In this document: positions 20,402-28,892 of the stretch, in pieces
Layout: each line of letters opens with the position of its first letter
How positions within the stretch are numbered: the stretch's first letter is position 1
DNA from: a virus
Lineage: Duplodnaviria; Caudoviricetes
Length of the DNA stretch: 56,973 nt
Direction: 5' to 3' (one strand)
IMG/VR virus record: IMGVR_UViG_3300025120_000061
Span: 1 to 56,973 of that record
Translations under genes and position numbers: made by a program
The notes under the pieces: model-generated
Database searches by the model: none
What the model saw: the letters and a program-made list of their open reading frames with translations, nothing else
Told to the model about the DNA's origin: nothing

Positions 20402-23161
20402 TTATATTGCTCCATCTGGGTATGCTGTATATCTAGTTGCCCAAGCCTCACTTTGATCTGGGTTATTGTCTGTTATTGTGTCTACTGATCTATCCTGTTG
20501 ATCTCTTGCTATTTGTTGTGTTCTAGCGTTGTTAACAGTTGAGCTTGTATAAACTTCTTCATATTCGACGCCAGCGTTTCTATCCTCCTCAAATGGATTA
20601 ATAACTCTCGCAACACCACTGTCAGTCTTAGGCTTAGTATTAAACTCTCCTAGTAAATCGCCTCCGGCAAATGTATTTGCTGCTTCTTTTGCAAATCTGT
20701 TGCGCTCTAAACCAGCAGTTTGTGCCTCACTTCTAGCAACTCCGTTTGCTGTAGGCTGTAACATAGCACGAAATCCGTTTAGTCTTTGTTCAAATCTGCC
20801 GCCACTAAATGTGCTATCTACACTTGTCACTTGATACACACCACTAAAACTACTGTTTCCATATCTACTAGGATTAGCAAGTCCGCTGTTTTCATCATAA
20901 TCAACTGGTGTTCTGAGATTTACTCTAATAAAAGGAGGTGTTAAGTTATAATTTATAGTACCGTCGGGCATAAATGATTCTGTGTATTGCTGTCCTTGTC
21001 TTACTTTGTCTTGCCAAAATGCATCACTGGTAGGTATAAATGCAGGATCTCCTACAATTTGTAAATTTAAATCGATCATATCCACGCCATCACTCATTAC
21101 ACTACTAAACAAGTCTTTTGCTCTTGCTCTTTTTAAGTTGTCTTGAGTGTTAATAGTGTTTCCTTCAATACTTTGTGGCAGCTCTTTTACCACTCCTGCA
21201 AAGTTTTCGTCAGCAGTTTTATTTCCAAAAGGAGCACCGGTACCGGCAGTCATCACTTGTATGAATGCAGTTCTAAATTTAAGATCAAAATCTAACACTT
21301 CTGTGTTTGTTCCGCTAAAGAGATAATCGTAATTCTTATGTACTCCAACGCCAGTTGGCTTGCTCTTTTTAGCCCATGGAAAATCACTGTAATATATTTT
21401 GTTTTTTTCAACTGCATGTGTGATAAGATATTTGTATCTGCCATCTTTGTTATCCATGCCGCCGCCGACACTTTCTGCACTTTCAATCACAGGTCTAATC
21501 TTAAACCAGTTTATGCCTCCGCCTTCACTAACTTGCGAACTAGGATTTTCAACAATATTTGCATCCATATAATCACTGTGCAGTATAACAAGATTTAAAA
21601 GTTTTGTAATAGATGTGCCGGCATTAATCTTGAATGTTTGTGTTTCTTTGTCTAGTGTTATTCCTTGTCCTATACCTCTTACATAGGCATCAAATTGACG
21701 TTTATCACCTTTGGTTTTACTGTCATCTTTTTCTTTTGCTTCTTCTGTAGGTGCAGGAGTATTAAGTGCATCATACAACTCACTAAGATTTAGTTTAGCT
21801 TCTGCAATTTCACCTGCAATTAAAAATTTGTAACTATCATATTTTTCTGCAGCAGGCGGTACTGGTTTTTCAACTACTTCAAAGTTTTTCTCTGTTAATG
21901 CTGTGCTTTGTAGTGTGCGCTTACGCTGGTAGTTTGTTAAAATTTCACCTAAATTTTTTGCTTTGGATTTTTTCTTTTTCTTTACAATTCTTTCTTGAGT
22001 AGTAGTTTCCTGAGCTCTTACTCTTACAGTTTCAGTTGTCTGAACTGTTTCTTCTACTATTACACCTGCGCTAAAAATATCACCAACAGTGCTTGCTTGA
22101 AGTTCTATATTAAATGGTATAGTGCCCATTATGCTTCCCATTGCATGATTTGCAAAAGGTATTGCTTGACACTTATATTGTGTTCCGCTTGCATTTACAT
22201 CAAATTGCATGTCAATTAATCTAATTGGAATATACTTGGGTGTACTTGATGCTGGCATTGGTGTGCCATTTTCATCGTAACCTTTGAATGTTATTTCTAG
22301 CAGATACGGAGCATGGATGTATTTTTCTCTTGTACTTGCCATAACTGATCCTGCTACTCTTTGCAATCTTTCTAGCAATGTAACACCACGTGGCTCTGTG
22401 ATTGTAAATCTAATATCAGTCGCATTTGTGTTTGCTTTGAACTTGCTAGGACCAACTGCAACGTTAGATATCTCAAGATCATCTATGAAAAAATCATTAC
22501 TAAAATCTGTGCCGCCTCCATCAAATCCTACTCCGCCACTGCGCATCAACAAGTAACTGTTAGGAGGGCTTAGTGCATCTTGAGGAAGTCTAGGCTGTGT
22601 AAGCAAATTAACATAGCTCTTACTGTTCATCATGTATAGTGCAATATTATAAGTGACACTTGAAAAACGGTTAAGTTCGTTTTTGCGAGGATTGATTTGA
22701 ATCTTACTCAAATCTTCCATGAAAGGTCCTTGATTTATGGAAGTAGCAGGTTTAGAATCTGCAATTTTAGTTTTAGTTCTTGCACTTGCATTTAATCCAA
22801 TTGGCGGACCTGTTACACTGTCATCATCAGTTACATAGCTAGAGCCAGTTTCAAAGTCGCCTTCTTCGACATAGTCGTCCTCCGGGGCGTCTTGATTTAC
22901 ACTACTATTGTTACTACCTCTTTCCTGTAGATAAAGATTTTGTGTTCTGTTATATTCTGTACTGCCTGGTGTAAATTGTATTCTTTGAAGTTTTCCACTA
23001 GGACTAAGTTGAACATCAACGTCGCCCGGTGATATTGCAGGCACAGTAAGTGTCTCAGCGTTAGTAACACGAATAGGATCAGCCTGCAGCGGTTCGTAGA
23101 GTGAAAAATCCTCTGGTGATGGATTATTTTGTCTGTTTTTGAAATAATCTGGTGGCGGCAT
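20402..23161 (-). CDS. Probable baseplate hub protein (gp27/GPD-like)
   Basis: Lies between the LysM-like gene and gp5. C-terminal LQIVGDPAFI...FSGVYQVTSVDSTFSGGRFEQRL is typical of hub proteins. Confidence 0.55.
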   Translation of the reverse strand: MPPPDYFKNRQNNPSPEDFSLYEPLQADPIRVTNAETLTVPAISPGDVDVQLSPSGKLQRIQFTPGSTEYNRTQNLYLQERGSNNSSVNQDAPEDDYVEEGDFETGSSYVTDDDSVTGPPIGLNASARTKTKIADSKPATSINQGPFMEDLSKIQINPRKNELNRFSSVTYNIALYMMNSKSYVNLLTQPRLPQDALSPPNSYLLMRSGGVGFDGGGTDFSNDFFIDDLEISNVAVGPSKFKANTNATDIRFTITEPRGVTLLERLQRVAGSVMASTREKYIHAPYLLEITFKGYDENGTPMPASSTPKYIPIRLIDMQFDVNASGTQYKCQAIPFANHAMGSIMGTIPFNIELQASTVGDIFSAGVIVEETVQTTETVRVRAQETTTQERIVKKKKKSKAKNLGEILTNYQRKRTLQSTALTEKNFEVVEKPVPPAAEKYDSYKFLIAGEIAEAKLNLSELYDALNTPAPTEEAKEKDDSKTKGDKRQFDAYVRGIGQGITLDKETQTFKINAGTSITKLLNLVILHSDYMDANIVENPSSQVSEGGGINWFKIRPVIESAESVGGGMDNKDGRYKYLITHAVEKNKIYYSDFPWAKKSKPTGVGVHKNYDYLFSGTNTEVLDFDLKFRTAFIQVMTAGTGAPFGNKTADENFAGVVKELPQSIEGNTINTQDNLKRARAKDLFSSVMSDGVDMIDLNLQIVGDPAFIPTSDAFWQDKVRQGQQYTESFMPDGTINYNLTPPFIRVNLRTPVDYDENSGLANPSRYGNSSFSGVYQVTSVDSTFSGGRFEQRLNGFRAMLQPTANGVARSEAQTAGLERNRFAKEAANTFAGGDLLGEFNTKPKTDSGVARVINPFEEDRNAGVEYEEVYTSSTVNNARTQQIARDQQDRSVDTITDNNPDQSEAWATRYTAYPDGAI

Positions 23162-23162
23162 A

Positions 23163-23462
23163 TTAAATTCCTAATGCTGTTTCTACTATATCCTTTTTAG
23201 GAATGTAAAATTTTACACCTGCACGAAAATCCCAAACAGGATCTTCAAATGCATTTGGATTACGAGCTTGGAACACCCACCATAGATTACTGTTCCCGTA
23301 CAAATCAAACGCAAGTAGATCAGGTCTGTGTTGGTGCACCAGTGTTAATGTATGTAACACATCATCTCTGAATGCTGGCACACGCCTCGGAGTCAATACA
23401 TCTAAGTAATATCCATACTGTGATGTATTTGCATACGGGCTATCATTGCGATACTCTGCCAT
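23163..23462 (-). CDS. LysM-like/gp53-like small baseplate protein
   Basis: HRPDLLAFDLYGNSNLWWVF..RN...G.KFYIP motif. Confidence 0.7.
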   Translation of the reverse strand: MAEYRNDSPYANTSQYGYYLDVLTPRRVPAFRDDVLHTLTLVHQHRPDLLAFDLYGNSNLWWVFQARNPNAFEDPVWDFRAGVKFYIPKKDIVETALGI

Positions 23463-24304
23463 TATAGAAATCCTCCGCCTTTGCCTGGGTTACCAATTAA
23501 ATCGCCTCTGGCAAATCCTTGTAAACTAAAGTTACTAATTTGGTCCTTGCTGTATATTGGTAGCAACGACATTGTAACAGGCAAGTAAGTTGGGATCATT
23601 GTTTTTGTTGCTGCATCCGGAGATGACGCTAACGGCACTTCAATCATATCTCTGTCAGCTGGCATAATTTCTGTAAATTGTTGTAGTACAACAGGAACAC
23701 TGTTGTAATTATGTGGGCCATAACCGCTGAGTCTAAGAACTGGTGGAGGTGTGCCTCTTAGAGGATCAGCACCATAAAACATTTTGTAAGCACTGCGCAA
23801 AAAATGAAGCACTGCAAATACATATCGTGCTTCGTCTGCTGTGTTGGCTGTGAAATATCCATCAACAGTGATAGTATCTACACTGCTTGCATTATAACTA
23901 TGCTGCATATGATTACTGTGTGCAGGATGCACTGCAGAATATTGCGCACTGTGACTTACGCTGATTGATGGTGTATAAGGAAATAATATACCGTCTGTGT
24001 CAACTAATGGCCCGAGTAACTTATTGTTTGGGTCTTTGTAAAGCAAAGGGCCACTTGATGGGCTCATACTCAATCTAACACGGATATCCCCATCTCTAAA
24101 CACAGTAGCAGCGACATCGCTGAACCCTGGAATATTTGCACCTGCAAAATTTAGTCCTGCTTGAATAAGTCTATTGCCACTAGCGCCTAATACACTGCGT
24201 CCAATTTTACTCAATGGGTCATTGCCCGGAAGAGCCCTACCGGCAGCATCACTTACAAATTGTTGTGCTTTGCGAGTAAATTTGGTACCTAAATCAAATG
24301 CCAT
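23462..24304 (-). CDS. Tail tube initiator-like baseplate protein (gp48/gp54-like role)
   Basis: FPYTPSI...ITVDGYFT...LHFLRS...PPPVLRLSGYG...VPVV pattern of contractile-system tube initiators; first gene of the baseplate operon. Confidence 0.55.
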   Translation of the reverse strand: MAFDLGTKFTRKAQQFVSDAAGRALPGNDPLSKIGRSVLGASGNRLIQAGLNFAGANIPGFSDVAATVFRDGDIRVRLSMSPSSGPLLYKDPNNKLLGPLVDTDGILFPYTPSISVSHSAQYSAVHPAHSNHMQHSYNASSVDTITVDGYFTANTADEARYVFAVLHFLRSAYKMFYGADPLRGTPPPVLRLSGYGPHNYNSVPVVLQQFTEIMPADRDMIEVPLASSPDAATKTMIPTYLPVTMSLLPIYSKDQISNFSLQGFARGDLIGNPGKGGGFL

Positions 24305-24327
24305 TTATCAAATCCTTGTTTTTTTAC

Positions 24328-24356
24328 TTGATAAGTATATTTATAGGTTGTATAAT
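24328..24356 (+). promoter_or_regulatory. Host sigma70-type promoter for gp55
   Basis: TTGATA (24328-33), 17 nt, TATAAT (24351-56); AAGGAA SD before the ATG at 24384. Confidence 0.65.
24338..24345 (-). promoter_or_regulatory. T4-type late promoter TATAAATA for the baseplate operon
   Basis: Exact T4 late consensus on the minus strand, 33 nt upstream of the ATG at 24304. Confidence 0.7.
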
Positions 24357-24383
24357 ATACGCATATAAAAGGAATCACATTAC

Positions 24384-25196
24384 ATGATCAAAAGGAAAAA
24401 TTATCTCAACAATCGCGATTTGTTGAAAGAAATTCATTTATCTAAGAACACTTACAGTAGTTTTGTTGCAGATGGCGATGATGTTTATGACATTATCCTG
24501 CCAAATGTTGAAAAAATTAACATTCGTACTATTGCACAAGCCAAGCGTAATCAAGCAGATCGTTTGCAAAAGCAAGCATATGAAGCAGCTCGTGCAGAAG
24601 GACAGAAAGTTAAACAAGCAGACTTTGCTGTAGACTGGAAGAAAATTAACAAGCAAGATGTTATTTTTCGTGTCATGACACACGATCACATTCCACTGCA
24701 TCCCGGACGTAAAAAGAATCCTAAAACTGTTGCAGACCATCATGTGCAGTGCAACTTCCCTCCTTTTCAACACTTTAAACTAGACGACGACGATGTTGCA
24801 GTTTGTGTTGGTAAAAGTCACTGGGAAGGCGGACTAGAAAATGGCAACTTTAGTAAAGCACATGGGCGCACTACTAACAAACTTGCCCGCATGTATATGA
24901 AATTGTGCGAGCGTTACGGTACACGTTCAAACTGGCGTGGATACACATACAATGATGAAATGCGTAGCCAAGCACTGCTACAACTTACACAGATTGGTCT
25001 ACAGTTTGATGAAAGTAAAAGTGAGAATCCATTTGCATACTACACTGCAGCAATTACAAATAGTTTTACCCGTGTACTAAACTTGGAAAAGAAAAATCAA
25101 AGCATCCGTGATGATATCTTAGAAAATGCTGGTCTAAACCCAAGTTACACTAGACAAACAGAGAACGATCTAGCAAAAAGTTCAGATCCTATTTAA
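24384..25196 (+). CDS. gp55: Late-transcription sigma factor, T4 gp55-like
   Basis: NYLNNRDLL; NWRGYTYNDEM; FDESKSENPFAYYT..I.NSF.R...EKK match gp55 motifs; next to gp47/gp46 as in T4. Confidence 0.88.
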   Translation: MIKRKNYLNNRDLLKEIHLSKNTYSSFVADGDDVYDIILPNVEKINIRTIAQAKRNQADRLQKQAYEAARAEGQKVKQADFAVDWKKINKQDVIFRVMTHDHIPLHPGRKKNPKTVADHHVQCNFPPFQHFKLDDDDVAVCVGKSHWEGGLENGNFSKAHGRTTNKLARMYMKLCERYGTRSNWRGYTYNDEMRSQALLQLTQIGLQFDESKSENPFAYYTAAITNSFTRVLNLEKKNQSIRDDILENAGLNPSYTRQTENDLAKSSDPI

Positions 25197-26302
25197 TGAA
25201 ATATAACATTTGGAACAAGTGGGATCCTTTGAAGGTGTGCATGCTAGGAAATAACTATGCACCTGAATTCTTTAACGGCTGCGACCCAAAAGCAAGCGAT
25301 CCTCTTAAACGCATATGCGAAGAAACACTTGAGGACCTAGACGGGTACAAAAAAATATTACAGCAATTTGGTGTTAAAGTAATACAGCCCAAGTTAGATC
25401 CTAATGAAAGATTTGTAGATGATCCTGGTCGTTATCCACGTGGGCCGCTTCAGCCCAGAGATGATCAATTAGTGTTAGGCAATAAGTGTTTTTCACATCT
25501 CCGTGACCATCCTTCTATTAGTCAGTGCCTTGTTGATTACGGAGGTATAAGCAAGATGGCATCAGATGTTCCTATGATAATTTCTAAGCAAGATTATAAC
25601 ACACTTGCAGGAGACGATTGGCCAAGTTGGGAAAGTTACCTAGAAAATAGAAAAAATAAAGATTTTTTCATTGACTTTGTATGGGAGGAATTGTGCAAAG
25701 GTGGTTTTACTTTTACCAGTGCAAATGCTTTTATGTTAGGAAAAAAAATAATAATAGGTGCAGATACAGATGCAGCCGTTGATAAAAGTACATTGTCAGA
25801 CTTTGAAGATTGGGAAGTAATAATTAAACCTATACAAGGTCATAGTGACGGAAACTACCACCCAATTAAACCCGGCGCTATACTCAGTTTACATGATGTA
25901 CAAACATACAGCGAAACATTTCCTGGGTGGGATGTCTGTTATTTGCCTGATCAAAGTTGGGCAAAAGTTGGAGGTTTTTGGAAACTTAAACAGAAAAATG
26001 AAGGTAAGTGGTGGCTTGCAGGTGAAGAAGATAATGACGAGTTCACGCACTTTGTTGAAACTTGGTTAAGTGACTGGGTTGGATATGTAGAGGAGACAGT
26101 ATTTGACGTTAACGTTCTTATGCTCGATGCTAATCATTGTTGTGTTAGTAATCCTAACAACGAACAGGTAAATGCATTTTTGAAGAAACATAAAGTAGAA
26201 CCAGTATATGTGCCATGGCGTCATAGGTATTTTTGGGATGGTGGATTACACTGTATTACACTAGACCTTTATCGAGAAGGCACACAGCAAGACTATTTTT
26301 AA
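25196..26302 (+). CDS. Amidinotransferase (pentein fold; glycine/inosamine-phosphate amidinotransferase family)
   Basis: WNKWDPLK, QPRD, HSDG..HPIKPG, FDVN and the C-terminal catalytic GGLHCIT.DL.R.G motif. Confidence 0.85.
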   Translation: MKYNIWNKWDPLKVCMLGNNYAPEFFNGCDPKASDPLKRICEETLEDLDGYKKILQQFGVKVIQPKLDPNERFVDDPGRYPRGPLQPRDDQLVLGNKCFSHLRDHPSISQCLVDYGGISKMASDVPMIISKQDYNTLAGDDWPSWESYLENRKNKDFFIDFVWEELCKGGFTFTSANAFMLGKKIIIGADTDAAVDKSTLSDFEDWEVIIKPIQGHSDGNYHPIKPGAILSLHDVQTYSETFPGWDVCYLPDQSWAKVGGFWKLKQKNEGKWWLAGEEDNDEFTHFVETWLSDWVGYVEETVFDVNVLMLDANHCCVSNPNNEQVNAFLKKHKVEPVYVPWRHRYFWDGGLHCITLDLYREGTQQDYF

Positions 26303-26305
26303 TCA

Positions 26306-26333
26306 TTGACAATAACACATAAGGTGCTATAAT
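26306..26333 (+). promoter_or_regulatory. Sigma70-type promoter with extended -10 for gp47 (leaderless)
   Basis: TTGACA (26306-11), 16 nt, TATAAT (26328-33) preceded by TGC; ATG 6 nt downstream; no SD. Confidence 0.7.
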
Positions 26334-26339
26334 ACACAC

Positions 26340-27350
26340 ATGAGTTTGTTCAAACGGGCCGCCGTATTCACGGATATTCACTTTGGTAACAAAAGCAATA
26401 GCCAGACTTTCAACAAGGATTGTTTGGACTTTGTAACTTGGTTTTGTAAAGAGGCTAAAGCGCAAGGTGCCGATACCTGCATCTTTATGGGCGATTGGCA
26501 TCATCAACGAGCAAGCATAAATGTTGCTACACTGAACTACAGTATTGCCGCATTGGATTTGCTTAACGATTCGTTTGATACAATCCACTTTATCCCTGGC
26601 AACCATGATGAATACTACAGAGACAAGCGTGACTACAACAGCGTTGCTTTTATTAAAAAGTTTGAGAACATACAGTTTTACAATGACATTACTACTGTAG
26701 ACGGTGTTGCATTTATTCCATGGTTAGTAGGTGATGAACACAAGCAGATGCGCAAAGTAAATGCTGACTATGTTATTGGTCACTTTGAACTTCCTCACTT
26801 TTATATGAATGCTATGGTGCAAATGCCTGATCATGGTGAACTAAATGCAGATGACTTTGGTCGTTGTGGAACTGTGTTTACAGGACATTTTCACAAGCGG
26901 CAAGAAAAAGGCAATGTTGTATACACAGGCAATGCATTTCCTCACAACTACAGCGATGCTGGCGATGATGATCGTGGACTAATGATATTGGATTGGGATG
27001 GCACAAGAGAATTTATTGCTTGGCCCGATCAGCCAAAGTATCGCACATTGAAAATAAGTCAACTGCTAGAAGGTCCTGAAAAGTATCTAGGTCCAAAGAC
27101 CTATGCTCGTGTTAACTTGGATGTGGACATCAGTTACGAAGAAGCAAACTTTATTAAAGAAACTTTTATACAAGAATACCAACTGCGTGAAATGAGTTTG
27201 ATCCCTGTAAAAGTTGAAGACATGGACATGCAAATCTCAGGTGAGATCAACTTTGAAAGTGTTGACACTATTGTTACCAGTCAACTGCAACAAATTGACA
27301 GCGAACAATACGATACTAACCTAATGTTAGACATTTATAGGAATCTTTAA
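26340..27350 (+). CDS. gp47: Recombination endonuclease subunit, Mre11/SbcD-like
   Basis: Metallophosphoesterase motifs DIH, GDWHH, GNHD, GHF, GHFH. Confidence 0.92.
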   Translation: MSLFKRAAVFTDIHFGNKSNSQTFNKDCLDFVTWFCKEAKAQGADTCIFMGDWHHQRASINVATLNYSIAALDLLNDSFDTIHFIPGNHDEYYRDKRDYNSVAFIKKFENIQFYNDITTVDGVAFIPWLVGDEHKQMRKVNADYVIGHFELPHFYMNAMVQMPDHGELNADDFGRCGTVFTGHFHKRQEKGNVVYTGNAFPHNYSDAGDDDRGLMILDWDGTREFIAWPDQPKYRTLKISQLLEGPEKYLGPKTYARVNLDVDISYEEANFIKETFIQEYQLREMSLIPVKVEDMDMQISGEINFESVDTIVTSQLQQIDSEQYDTNLMLDIYRNL

Positions 27351-28159
27351 TGTATTACATACATTACCCAAGTGGTGGATTCGGGCATTTTATGCTACAA
27401 ATGCCAAGCATTTGTTTTGATGATGTTTTTTGTCCGCAAGAAACAAGCACATTCAGTAGCACCGGCAACAGCCACGACTATCCACTACATTGCAAAACTT
27501 GGCTTCTTAGTGCTCCGTTTATTAAAGAGAACTACTACGATTTTAAAAATAAGAAAAGTATTTGCTTAATAGATAGTGGTATACATGACGCAATACATAG
27601 AGGCACTGAAAATACTATAAGAATGTGTATTGATGAACACGCAAGAAGTATTGTGTTTCAGACTTGCAAAGAAAAAGCAGAACAGTTAAATTTTAATTTT
27701 GATCTAGAAGAATATCAAACAAGAGAACAGTTTAGTCTAGTATATCACCACTGTGATAAAAATCCAGATTTTTATCTCAACACTTGGAATCAAACTTCTA
27801 CAACAACTAATATTAACATTAGTGATTTATTTTTTAATCCAATCAGAGTGGTCACCTTATTAGAACCTCACTTTGGTAAATGCAATTGGGGTAAGTTTTG
27901 GAAGTTATGGAATGAATTTATTAATGCAAATCGCAAATACTACCAAGCACAGCATTTAGTAAATCGTGTAAAGTATGCGTTAGATACAGGGTTTGATTTT
28001 AAATTTAAAAAAGATTACAGTTTGCATGACCAAGGATACTTGAACTACTACATTGAAAAACGATATAAAATAAGCATTCCAGTTTATGATTATCAATATT
28101 GGTTCACAGGCACACAACACATTAGGCAGATGATCAATGAGATTACTAACGTTCAGTGA
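27350..28159 (+). CDS. Hypothetical protein, possibly P-loop/sulfotransferase-like
   Basis: 269-aa ORF coupled to gp47 by TAATG. N-terminal strand plus glycine loop IHYPSGGFGHF; fold assignment is weak. Confidence 0.4.
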   Translation: MYYIHYPSGGFGHFMLQMPSICFDDVFCPQETSTFSSTGNSHDYPLHCKTWLLSAPFIKENYYDFKNKKSICLIDSGIHDAIHRGTENTIRMCIDEHARSIVFQTCKEKAEQLNFNFDLEEYQTREQFSLVYHHCDKNPDFYLNTWNQTSTTTNINISDLFFNPIRVVTLLEPHFGKCNWGKFWKLWNEFINANRKYYQAQHLVNRVKYALDTGFDFKFKKDYSLHDQGYLNYYIEKRYKISIPVYDYQYWFTGTQHIRQMINEITNVQ

Positions 28160-28892
28160 CGGTTTCGGAGATACTACACATAGCCCACTTTGGTATCAGC
28201 AGTTCTACAAGTGGCCTGATATAATTAAACTGATGTGCAAAAACATTGAGCTAGTTAACCTTAGTAGGTATGGAGCAGGTAACGAGTACATCATAAACGC
28301 ACTTAAACAAAACTATGCCAATGCTGATTTTGTTATAGTACAATGGGCATATCCTGCTAGGTTAGATTTAGTTTTAGATCACCAAGATGATTGTTGGCAA
28401 GAGCAAATAGCACTAGATCCTGTGTACAGTGAGAATATTGTTGAAATTAACAATGATCAGTACTGGCTAAGCAGTGCAAGCACCAATCCTGCAGTTGCGC
28501 AGTATCACAGCACAATTGCACTACGGCAACATCAAATACGCAGTCAGAACTATGTGGACTATGCACATAGACTATTACAAGATACGCCTTATCGTTTTAT
28601 GCTATGCGAAGACAGTTTGTATTTGCGAGAAACAGATGTTAGTCCAAATAGTTGGTGCTGGCACGATGAATATTTGGGTATGACTAGTTTTAAAAAAATT
28701 AGTAGATACTATAAAGAAGATGCAAAGGCTGATGTAATTCAACCTATCAGCCTTGTACAGTTTGACTTTATAAGAAAATATGTGCAGCCTTGTGTGGATT
28801 TTCCATGGCGCAACGAACGAGAAATACTTGCAGTAGAAAATATGTTGTATAAAAAATATCATGATGCTATAATAAACAAATGTTCAAATTAG
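28137..28892 (+). CDS. SGNH/GDSL-like protein, atypical block I
   Basis: LLTFSDGFG...WP...VNLSRYGAGNEYI...DFVIVQW...RLD spacing resembles SGNH blocks I-III, but GDS is replaced by SDG. Confidence 0.5.
   Translation: MRLLTFSDGFGDTTHSPLWYQQFYKWPDIIKLMCKNIELVNLSRYGAGNEYIINALKQNYANADFVIVQWAYPARLDLVLDHQDDCWQEQIALDPVYSENIVEINNDQYWLSSASTNPAVAQYHSTIALRQHQIRSQNYVDYAHRLLQDTPYRFMLCEDSLYLRETDVSPNSWCWHDEYLGMTSFKKISRYYKEDAKADVIQPISLVQFDFIRKYVQPCVDFPWRNEREILAVENMLYKKYHDAIINKCSN
28845..28873 (+). promoter_or_regulatory. Sigma70-type promoter with extended -10 for gp46 (leaderless)
   Basis: TTGTAT (28845-50), 17 nt, TATAAT (28868-73) preceded by TGC; ATG 6 nt downstream, the same spacing to the ATG as at gp47. 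Confidence 0.65.
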
